From Candidatus Undinarchaeales archaeon (GTDB lineage: Archaea > SpSt-1190 > JASMDC01), in the NCBI GenBank assembly GCA_030753015.1, contig JASMDC010000016.1, forward strand, positions 1 to 64,000: a stretch of DNA of 64,000 nt. Reading direction: 5' to 3'. The translations under genes and the position numbers were made by a program. Positions 56,248 to 64,000 of this stretch are shown in pieces (within the stretch, counting starts at the first letter, position 1; every line of letters begins with the position of its first letter). The notes under the pieces are model-generated. The model saw only the letters and a program-made list of their open reading frames with translations. It was not told the origin of the DNA and did not search any database.

Positions 56248-56942
56248 TTCAGGGTGTTGAGCGCCAGCTGGGCGTTCCCCATGTTGATGATGTACTCGTT
56301 CGAGAGCCAGGAGAGGTCGCCCACGGCAGCGACGCGTCCATTGCCATAGGTGGCCACGGCGAACACTGGGACGTACTGGCCAGTCTCGAAGGCGTCCAGC
56401 TCGCTATCGAAGTCGAGGTCTGAAAAGGACTCCTGGCTCCCCCATGCGATTATGTTGTCATAGGGTGCCGTGAGCGAGCAGGCGGAGACGATACGGAAGG
56501 ATTTTACACCCTCCGTGATAGCGTGCGGCCTGAGATTGAAAACAGGAACATCGAACACCTTTCCCTTGAGACCCTTGCGAATGTAGTAAGTCGGATCACA
56601 GATGCGGTCACCGTTGAAGGCGATACTGAAGTTATGCGCGATCGTGTTGAGGGTATCGGCGTTCTCGTGGACGTTCCCCCATTCTCCGACGAGGAAGATA
56701 CCCCCTCCCTCATTGACGAATTTCAGCATGGCCTCGATCTCGTCGCCACTGTACGATTCTGTCGGATACGCGACGATGATGACGTCCGGCTCCTCGAGAA
56801 CACTGGAATCGACCGTGCCCACGTATTTCTCGACCTCCCACCCGCGGCATTTGAGGAGCTCGGCTAGCACCGTGACACCATTGGCAGTGGAGGCCATGAT
56901 ATCCTCCTTCTCGCATCGGTCGATGAACTTGAGAAACGGCAT
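56226..56942 (-). CDS. DUF4350/GATase1-like (GIFT) domain protein
   Basis: DVIIVAYP...Y...EI.....FV..GGG.FL.GE, G.GRV.A.GD, N.QL..N...WL. Confidence 0.75.
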   Translation of the reverse strand: MPFLKFIDRCEKEDIMASTANGVTVLAELLKCRGWEVEKYVGTVDSSVLEEPDVIIVAYPTESYSGDEIEAMLKFVNEGGGIFLVGEWGNVHENADTLNTIAHNFSIAFNGDRICDPTYYIRKGLKGKVFDVPVFNLRPHAITEGVKSFRIVSACSLTAPYDNIIAWGSQESFSDLDFDSELDAFETGQYVPVFAVATYGNGRVAAVGDLSWLSNEYIINMGNAQLALNTLKWLIKRL

Positions 56943-57143
56943 TTATGTCCGATTGGATGGTCTGCTTTAAATCTATTTGGGAGCAGCGGGCCGACTCTTC
57001 TTCAACTACTCGCGCGTGCCCCAGTTCGTTCCGGATCATAGTAATGGGAACAGGACGACGGCCCCTCAGATTAACGTAAACGCACAAGGGAATGTATAAA
57101 AGGAGCCCGCCATGGAGTCGTCACCATCGAATAGCAACAGGTG

Positions 57144-57341
57144 ATGGGGCGGATGTATCTTAACGACCTTGAAACGATCGATTACGGCCATGCGGATGGC
57201 GTGGAATCGACCGCAGAGGTCTACGATATGAAACCCAACCATTACTGTCGCATCGTGCTGGTCGGCGCTGCGCTCGCCGGTGCGGGCGGACTGGCCTTTG
57301 CCGCCATAGCCTATGCTGATGACCACGGTTACATTGAGTGA
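57144..57341 (+). CDS. Small hypothetical membrane protein
   Basis: One hydrophobic Gly/Ala helix; TATAAAA near 57094; abuts the next gene. Confidence 0.45.
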   Translation: MGRMYLNDLETIDYGHADGVESTAEVYDMKPNHYCRIVLVGAALAGAGGLAFAAIAYADDHGYIE

Positions 57342-57346
57342 ACCTT

Positions 57347-58087
57347 ATGTACGACCTTGATCCAGCCATTGAGCAAGAAGGCACCGACTTGGTAGCGGAC
57401 GCCACCTACAAGGTGGACGACCTTACAATGATCTACGGCGTCACCCGGGGATTCCTCTTCAAGAAGAAGGCGTTCGAGGGAGAGAAGGTCCGCGACAATG
57501 TGGACAGCATCCGCGACTATTTCCTCGAGAACGGCCATGGAGAGCTCGCCATCACATCGTACATGTTCGAGATCGAGTACGCCGATCGCACAAGCGTCAT
57601 TGTCAAGGACGCGAGCAGCGGTTACGTCAACGTGATCGACAAGGACGCGGACCACAACGATGTAGGACACTACGATCACCACACATCCACCTACTCATCG
57701 CCCACCGTGTGCTCGATCGATGACATAAAGGAGATCGTCGATTTCGAGGGCGCCAAGATAAAGGAGATGCAGATCAAGTTCGACACGGCCGACGGACAGG
57801 TCCACGGGCAGACCGAGGTGCACGAGCACAGCTATATGAACGAAGCGTTGCTCGGGGTCGTGGAGCTCCAGGGAGCGGGCATCCTCGCCCTCACGGGCAA
57901 TCCCATCATCGGTGGTCTTCTCGCAGCCGACGCTGCCCGTCGCGTCTACAACACATATTCCAAGAACCAGAAACTCTACCTCCAGTTCGAGGAGACGGAC
58001 GACCCCGAGATCGCGGCCATGCAGCAGCAGGTACGTGACGACCTGGGCGATAAAACCCTCAGGAACCTCTTCCTCAATACGATCTAG
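57347..58087 (+). CDS. Hypothetical acidic protein with a C-terminal hydrophobic Gly-rich hairpin
   Basis: Coding-like codon usage; LLGVVELQGAGILALTGNPIIGGLLAA segment. Confidence 0.7.
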   Translation: MYDLDPAIEQEGTDLVADATYKVDDLTMIYGVTRGFLFKKKAFEGEKVRDNVDSIRDYFLENGHGELAITSYMFEIEYADRTSVIVKDASSGYVNVIDKDADHNDVGHYDHHTSTYSSPTVCSIDDIKEIVDFEGAKIKEMQIKFDTADGQVHGQTEVHEHSYMNEALLGVVELQGAGILALTGNPIIGGLLAADAARRVYNTYSKNQKLYLQFEETDDPEIAAMQQQVRDDLGDKTLRNLFLNTI

Positions 58088-58096
58088 GTGACGATA

Positions 58097-59140
58097 ATGA
58101 CAATGTACATGGTCGAGCCCCAACTCATGGCGTCGGTGAACGTCATGATCCTGGACGATGCGGTCGGGGAGATACGGGACCGTTACGGGGACGAGGCCAT
58201 CAAGGCCGTGATGTTCTACGGCTCAAGGGTCAATGGGTACGAGAAATACGGCTCAGACCTCGACTGCTTTGTTGTCCTCAATGAGGGCTACGAGCAGGAC
58301 GTCGGTATGGAGATTAGCTACGTGGACGACACCGAGCTCCACGTCATCGCCCATACACCCGAACGATTCGAGCGCAATCTCAAGGATTCTCTTGCCAAGA
58401 CCTCGGAGCACATCAACACGACGGTGTTCAGGTACGATGCCCCCATCGGGAGCGAATACATCGCCCAGGTTGACGCTGAGAACAAGCACGATCTTACCTG
58501 TGACATACTCGATGACATCGCCTACCTCGCGCGTGACGTCGAATCGGACACTCCCGTGTACTTCCATCGCAATGATGTGGCCGACACGAAGCTCGTCCAG
58601 CACGTGCTCGCCCTACCCGTGCTCACCGAGCGTTTGGAGCGTGTGCGTGAACGGGGTAATCTCCCCTCGATGCTCGACAGCATCCGGGATTCGTACCAAC
58701 CGGCCCTTGACCGACTTGAGGAGGAGGGTGTGGTACGCAAGGTCGAAGAGGGAGAGAATCCGCTCTATGAGTACACCGGCCATAGGGGAGGTAGCATCTT
58801 CCACAATCCTATAATGAAGGGCTTCGGCCGTAAGATCGTCACACCCTTCCTCAACGTCTATCGGAGCATCGAGAAACGAGGCTCTGGTGATTTCACGATC
58901 GCGAACCTCGGACGCGCTCTCAAACACGGCCCACGCTATGTCGAGAGCATCCTGGAAGAGTCCGTCTTCAATCTCGACTATGCAAAGAAGCATCGAGAGA
59001 TACTCGTCCCGTACCAGGACGAGGGTCTCCTCTTCCAAGGGATGTCCGTCGACGACCTAATCGATGTGAACGACAGGCTCCAAAGGCTTCGGCGTGAGCG
59101 GAACGCTCTCAAGGAGAAGATCCGCGGCGATCCTTGCTGA
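58097..59140 (+). CDS. Pol-beta-family minimal nucleotidyltransferase with long C-terminal extension
   Basis: FYGSRVNG......SDLDCFVV (GS...DxD); AGGTGA RBS. Confidence 0.8.
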   Translation: MTMYMVEPQLMASVNVMILDDAVGEIRDRYGDEAIKAVMFYGSRVNGYEKYGSDLDCFVVLNEGYEQDVGMEISYVDDTELHVIAHTPERFERNLKDSLAKTSEHINTTVFRYDAPIGSEYIAQVDAENKHDLTCDILDDIAYLARDVESDTPVYFHRNDVADTKLVQHVLALPVLTERLERVRERGNLPSMLDSIRDSYQPALDRLEEEGVVRKVEEGENPLYEYTGHRGGSIFHNPIMKGFGRKIVTPFLNVYRSIEKRGSGDFTIANLGRALKHGPRYVESILEESVFNLDYAKKHREILVPYQDEGLLFQGMSVDDLIDVNDRLQRLRRERNALKEKIRGDPC

Positions 59141-59161
59141 TCGATGCGATAGTGAGGTCCC

Positions 59162-59944
59162 ATGTTCCGTGAGATGGTCCGACAGGAGACAGAATCACTC
59201 AGGGATGAGTACTCGGTCTTCGAGCTCCACTCTCATACGTACTGCTCGGACGGTCTCAGGAGCCCCGAGGCGGTAGTCCGAGAAGCTTATCTTCGTGGAT
59301 TGTCCGGTATCGCCATCACTGACCACGACAACCTCGACGGTTACGAGCGTGCAGCAAAGGAGGCCGAGAAGTACCCAGGGTTCATCGTTGTACCGGGAAT
59401 GGAAGTGTCGACGACACAGGGGCACGTTCTCGCTCTGGGTGTGTACGAACCCATCGAGCCGGGGCGTTCATGGGCGGAGACCGTGGACGATATCCATGAC
59501 AAGGGCGGTGTGGCCGTTCTCGCCCACCCCTATGTGTACGGTTCCGTGGCAGATGGACTGCTCGAATCCTATGACGGTGAGGGATCCATTCCTTTCGACG
59601 CGATCGAGGCCTACAATGCCCGCTTGACCCTGCCTGTGAACGGTAACAAACGGGGAGAGGAACTTGTTGACGCTCTCGGCTACCCGTCCACAGGAGGTTC
59701 CGATGCCCACGAGCCCTGGGGTCTCGGCCTGGGGATGACACTGCTCCCGAAGGAAGTCGGCTCCATCGACGATGTGCTCGACGCGATCAGGGAGGGTAGA
59801 TGTGAACCGTACAGAACTCGGGAAAAGGAGAGTCTTTTCAACAAGTCCGTCTTCATGGCAGGCCGATATGGCGGCATTATACCCCATTTCCTGGTACGTC
59901 AGTGGCACAAGCTCGAAGGATTGGGTGACGACCGGCAGGAGTAG
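59162..59944 (+). CDS. PHP-family metal-dependent phosphoesterase
   Basis: ELHSHT..SDG, ITDHD, PGMEVST..GH, AHP, GGSDAH. Confidence 0.92.
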   Translation: MFREMVRQETESLRDEYSVFELHSHTYCSDGLRSPEAVVREAYLRGLSGIAITDHDNLDGYERAAKEAEKYPGFIVVPGMEVSTTQGHVLALGVYEPIEPGRSWAETVDDIHDKGGVAVLAHPYVYGSVADGLLESYDGEGSIPFDAIEAYNARLTLPVNGNKRGEELVDALGYPSTGGSDAHEPWGLGLGMTLLPKEVGSIDDVLDAIREGRCEPYRTREKESLFNKSVFMAGRYGGIIPHFLVRQWHKLEGLGDDRQE

Positions 59945-60048
59945 CCCCCTCTGTGCACCATTTTGACACGTCGAACGCCCTAGGGAACATTTAAATAGCG
60001 GCCAGGCCCGCCGACAGTCACACAAAAGTAGTAACATAGGCGATTACC

Positions 60049-61050
60049 ATGTACGATCTCGACCGGGAACCGACAATGGATGCGGGCGACCTCACATATG
60101 CGGGGTACTTCGCAGGCATAAAGGATCCTGTCGAAAGGGACTCGGCTCTCGCCGGCTACATCAAGAAGGAAGGGCTCTATGGCAGCCCCAAGAATGGCGG
60201 CGGTATGAGCACGACCCTCCTCTGTGCGTTCACACGCTATCTCCCGACGAGCTGGCAGGACGCCTGCCTCAACGGCGCCGAGAAGTTGGCCACGTACATC
60301 GATAACAAGCGGGAGGCCACGTCATCGAGCGGATCCTCGGGATCGCCCCTGGACGACATAGATATCCCCCAGGACTACATCATGGTCTTCCAGGCCTCGT
60401 ACAACATCCCTAGCGGCGCCAAGGTTGAGAAGTCCTTCACCAAGACCCACAAGATCATCAACTACAAGGGCACTCGAATGGGCCTCGTGGCGGCTCCCCG
60501 GGGCCAGGAGGAGACCGCGATCCTCACGGACGCGCTCTGCAGGGGCGGTGCGCGTAATTTCTACTACATCGGCTCGGCCGGAGGTATCAGTGATCAGGTG
60601 AAACCCGGCGAGCTGTTCTACACCGAGGGCGAGGTCGGGACCCAGTCACCGATCCCCGACATCTACCAGTCCGATACGCATGTGAGCCAAGAGCTCAACC
60701 GCGCGCTACTGGACGCGTCCAACCAGCTCGATATAAAGCTCAACTACGGCCGGGTATACGACGCCAGCGGGTTCATCCGAGAGGAGACGCCGGAGCATGT
60801 GGACCAGCTCCTCGAACAGGGATACGACGCCATCGAGATGGAGCTGGGTGCAATCACGTCCGTCGCCAACAGCTACGGTGGCGGTGCGACGGGCATCATG
60901 CGCGTGCTCGACCACCTCCGGGACGACGAGGGCGAAAGGCTGAACTCGGGCAAGATGGCACACTATGTCTCGTCCGTGCGAAATGCGGTCCTCGGCACAC
61001 GTCTGGCCGCAGAAGCGATCCATATCAAGGACAAAGGGTCCGATGAATAG
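60049..61050 (+). CDS. Nucleoside phosphorylase (PNP/UDP-fold) family protein with N-terminal extension
   Basis: YIGSAGGI....KPG, F.REE, GYDAIEME, V.DH. Confidence 0.75.
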   Translation: MYDLDREPTMDAGDLTYAGYFAGIKDPVERDSALAGYIKKEGLYGSPKNGGGMSTTLLCAFTRYLPTSWQDACLNGAEKLATYIDNKREATSSSGSSGSPLDDIDIPQDYIMVFQASYNIPSGAKVEKSFTKTHKIINYKGTRMGLVAAPRGQEETAILTDALCRGGARNFYYIGSAGGISDQVKPGELFYTEGEVGTQSPIPDIYQSDTHVSQELNRALLDASNQLDIKLNYGRVYDASGFIREETPEHVDQLLEQGYDAIEMELGAITSVANSYGGGATGIMRVLDHLRDDEGERLNSGKMAHYVSSVRNAVLGTRLAAEAIHIKDKGSDE

Positions 61051-61066
61051 GGACGGCACTCCCGGC

Positions 61067-61960
61067 TTATGCGGTCGTGACGATCGGATCGTCGAGCACG
61101 ACGACCGTGTGTTCCGCCTGCGTCACGATACCGTTCCCATGCTCCTTGAGGATCGAATAGTTATGGAGCGCGCGTGATACCACCAATTGCTTGAGAGCTA
61201 TCGTTGTCTGCGCAAGACCGAACCTCTTCACGAGCATTCGCCGTGCGAACGGCAAGGTCCGGTACTCTTTTAGCACGGTGTCCAAGATCTGGCGGGCAGT
61301 ACGCATACGGACCTTTCCCGGGCCGACGATGCGGTAGATGTCCGATAAACTGCTGTCCCCGACCCGGCCCTCGCCATTGGTCGCGAAGGGTTCGATGGCG
61401 ACGACCTCGCCTTTCTCGAGCACGGCGCTCCCAGAGCGTCTGACATTGTACACGGACTTGCCTGCATGGAGCTCCCATGAACGCATTGTGTGCCCCGTGA
61501 GGTTGATGATCGGTGAGAAGCCTGCATCACGGATGGTATCCTCGATGACCTTACCGACGTGCTCGAGGCGGACCCCCGGCTGGACCAGTTCGATGGCGGC
61601 CCGGAGCGCTTCCCGAGAGGCGTTGACCATCGGAGTGTTATCATTAGTGCCCACCTCGACCGTCGTCGCGGTGTCAGCAATGCAACCGTCGACATGTGCA
61701 CCCAGGTCGAGCTTGACGACCTGTCCACGCTCGAACACCTTCGGATCGTCAGGGATCGGCGTGTAGTGAGCGGCGATGGCGTCGATCGAGATGTTCATCG
61801 GGAAGGCTACACCGGCACCGGAGTCCTTGATGATCCCCTCTGCCTCCGCGACCACATCCGCCAGCTTGACGCCCTCGACCACGCGTCCGGCCGCTGCGTC
61901 CAGTGCCTTCCGTGCTATCACTCCGGCCCTGACGTACCTTTCCAGTGTCGTTTCATCCAT
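61067..61960 (-). CDS. map: Methionine aminopeptidase type II
   Basis: AFP.NIS, AAHYTP, KLDLGAHVDG.IAD, NLTGH, AIEPFAT, QAEHT. Confidence 0.95.
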   Translation of the reverse strand: MDETTLERYVRAGVIARKALDAAAGRVVEGVKLADVVAEAEGIIKDSGAGVAFPMNISIDAIAAHYTPIPDDPKVFERGQVVKLDLGAHVDGCIADTATTVEVGTNDNTPMVNASREALRAAIELVQPGVRLEHVGKVIEDTIRDAGFSPIINLTGHTMRSWELHAGKSVYNVRRSGSAVLEKGEVVAIEPFATNGEGRVGDSSLSDIYRIVGPGKVRMRTARQILDTVLKEYRTLPFARRMLVKRFGLAQTTIALKQLVVSRALHNYSILKEHGNGIVTQAEHTVVVLDDPIVTTA

Positions 61961-62529
61961 TCCCGGACCTCCGATGCAGCTGCGCCCTCCCTGAGGATGG
62001 TCCCGTTGACCAGGTCCACGACGGTGGAGGGTAGGTTCTCCCCACAGGGGCCGCCATCGATATAAATATCTACCGCCGAGCCCAGTTGCCGCCGCGCTTC
62101 CTCGCACGTGGTCGCTGCGGACATCCCTGACTTGTTCGCTGATGTGGCGACGAGAGGGCCTGCCCGCCGGACCAGTTCGAGAGCAAGAGGATGGTCAGGG
62201 ACCCGGACAGCAATCGTGGTCCCTCCTGCGGTCACCCGGTCCGGGACGATGTCGGTACGCGGCAGCACTACCGTGACGGCACCGGGGAGCAGGCCCTCGA
62301 GGGTATCGACGTTCACGAGCATTGCATAGCGTGCGATGTCCTCCACTCGGTGGACAGCTATGGACATGGGCTTGCCCTCTTCGCGTCCCTTGGCCTCGTA
62401 CACCCTCTCCACCGCGTCATCGTCCAGAACGCAGCCGATACCGTACACTGTATCGGTGGGGTATACGACCACGGCACCGGCGCGGATGCGGGCCACAATC
62501 TTGTCCGTTATCGCTCCAACCTCGCTCAT
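61918..62529 (-). CDS. tsaC: L-threonylcarbamoyladenylate synthase, single-domain TsaC/YrdC form
   Basis: YPTDTVYGI, KGR...KP, PG..T, RVPDH, TSANKSG, PSTVVD. Confidence 0.92.
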   Translation of the reverse strand: MSEVGAITDKIVARIRAGAVVVYPTDTVYGIGCVLDDDAVERVYEAKGREEGKPMSIAVHRVEDIARYAMLVNVDTLEGLLPGAVTVVLPRTDIVPDRVTAGGTTIAVRVPDHPLALELVRRAGPLVATSANKSGMSAATTCEEARRQLGSAVDIYIDGGPCGENLPSTVVDLVNGTILREGAAASEVREWMKRHWKGTSGPE

Positions 62530-62552
62530 CGCAGCATCTCATGTCAGCATTG

Positions 62553-63713
62553 TTAATAAATCCCTCGGCCGAGCAGTGATACGGCCACCGGCACCATTAT
62601 GCACCCCATACAGAGCGACCGCTTGACGCCGATCGTCGGCGGTACGACACCAAGTGCCGTCGATGCTGCCAGAAGTGCAAGCCCTGCAGGACCGCACCTC
62701 CATGCAACTGCGAGTGTGACCAGAGAGACTATCGAAAGAGTGAGGATCCGGTAATCGAGCCTCCCCACTATACGCACGAACTGGGAGAATATGGTAAGCG
62801 AGACCGCTGCAGCAAGGGACGCCGCGAGCACCATCGACACCAACGAAGTGCGGAACACGTCAGCCCCGGCAGCGGCCTCCTGAACAGCGATGGCCACTCC
62901 CGAGCGTGCCTTCCCGACGAGCGAGAGCGTGACCATGTTGAAGATGAAGTTGGCGGTGTTCACAGCCCCCATAGAGACGAGGAGGGTCCGGTCGTTCCCG
63001 CCCACGAGCAGTGACGAGACAAGACAGGCTTGGGAGTTACCTACTCCTGGGACCATCCCGACGAGCGCACCGGAAAGGGTACCTGCAACAGTACCGCGGG
63101 TGACATCTCCCCAACCAACGCTCACCCCCCCGCTCGTCTCCTGGTGGGGCATGCCCCCCGCATCGACCAGCGAGAGGAGAAGTGTCGACACCCCGAACAT
63201 CCCGGAAAGCATGGGGAATAGAGACTCCGGGACGTCACTTGCGACCTGCCCGAGGAACGCAGCGAGGAGCAGGACAGCTAACGCACCTCGTCGGTTCTGC
63301 TCCGTGAGGATCAGAACGAGGATCGTGCCCACGACCAGTACGGTCGCGATCCAGGGTCTGGCATAGAACGCTGGTACCACCATGAAGAACACAGGGAGGA
63401 GCAACAGTGAGAGTAGGAGGGCACTGAAACCGCCCACAACGGTGAGGAAGTATGCTTCGACAGCCCGCCCCTCGAGCGCGTACTTGTGGGCCGGTAGCAC
63501 TGATAGCGCCGTAGCCTCGTCGGGGATGCCGAGGAGCACAGAGGGGATGAAATCGAGGAACGTGTGGACGGTGGCCATGGCCACGAGCACAGGTACGGCA
63601 GAATCACCTGCGAGCCGGTCGTTCACCATGAGCGAGACAAGGTTCACATGGATCCCTGGAACGAGCCCTGTGACCGTTCCCAGGGCAAGCCCTAAGGCTA
63701 TGGCCCAGAGCAC
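62553..63713 (-). CDS. TctA/DUF112-family membrane protein (archaeal COG1784 type)
   Basis: G..TGLVPGIHVN, HTF.DFIPS..LGIPD, LPAH, PGVG.SQ, G..RSG. Confidence 0.85.
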   Translation of the reverse strand: MLWAIALGLALGTVTGLVPGIHVNLVSLMVNDRLAGDSAVPVLVAMATVHTFLDFIPSVLLGIPDEATALSVLPAHKYALEGRAVEAYFLTVVGGFSALLLSLLLLPVFFMVVPAFYARPWIATVLVVGTILVLILTEQNRRGALAVLLLAAFLGQVASDVPESLFPMLSGMFGVSTLLLSLVDAGGMPHQETSGGVSVGWGDVTRGTVAGTLSGALVGMVPGVGNSQACLVSSLLVGGNDRTLLVSMGAVNTANFIFNMVTLSLVGKARSGVAIAVQEAAAGADVFRTSLVSMVLAASLAAAVSLTIFSQFVRIVGRLDYRILTLSIVSLVTLAVAWRCGPAGLALLAASTALGVVPPTIGVKRSLCMGCIMVPVAVSLLGRGIY

Positions 63714-64000
63714 CGCACATCACCTGCGACCACTTCCTTCTGCTTTCCCCTGATCCGGACTCGACCTTCCAAGGTCACGACCACGCCCGTGGAGATCATG
63801 CATCCTCCGTACTCGGCCACAACGGCCGCTTCACCGGTCGTATCCCGTAGGACGAATAGGAAGCCCGAACCCCGCTCACGGACCGAGGTCACGACACCAT
63901 GCAGGCGCACAGGACCAGCATCCGGAAGATCCGCGATGGCGATGTCACGGGGGCCATCGAGCAGTACCACTGCACACAGTCCTACAAAGAAGGTCGTTGC
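63698..64000 (-). CDS. Membrane-anchored OB-fold protein, 5' end outside window
   Basis: Frame open to the window edge (ATTFFVGLCAVVLL); V...G.V, L.D.TG, G..V...G.V OB pattern. Confidence 0.65.
   Translation of the reverse strand, partial: ATTFFVGLCAVVLLDGPRDIAIADLPDAGPVRLHGVVTSVRERGSGFLFVLRDTTGEAAVVAEYGGCMISTGVVVTLEGRVRIRGKQKEVVAGDVRCSGP

Noticed and set aside
1-64000. CRISPR array, cas genes, reverse transcriptase/DGR, rRNA, prophage
   Set aside because: No repeat-spacer pattern or diagnostic motifs were seen by eye

Overview
Archaeal chromosomal window, GC-rich. Evidence for the archaeal call: an ftsZ-secE-spt5-rpl11 block, a Methanococcales/Thermococcales-type S-layer gene, a KaiC-like ATPase, a PAS-DUF835 protein, type II Map, TATA-box promoters and an intron-containing tRNA-Met. 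The several very large Cys-rich surface proteins suggest a DPANN-like lineage, but that is inference only. About 55 CDSs are mostly housekeeping or metabolic: nadA-nadC-nadB, GGT, TrxB, NDP-sugar epimerases, GT-C-like membrane proteins, MtaB-type methylthiotransferase, RpiA and TsaC. The most notable signal is a 1.9-kb candidate mobile element at 27748-29665. It encodes two tandem DUF1670-like HTH proteins and no recognisable DDE, HUH, serine or tyrosine transposase. It is bounded by 21-bp imperfect inverted repeats (16/21) and a duplicated AT. It sits exactly in the start codon of a surface-protein gene and separates that gene from its apparent native TATA box and RBS. Other points of interest are an rpl11 lacking the N-terminal domain, a cluster of Cys-rich surface genes around the S-layer gene (up to 2845 aa), a split and permuted GT-C-like gene pair, and a nucleotidyltransferase-PHP-nucleoside phosphorylase cluster. 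All family calls come from motif recognition by eye, not database searches.
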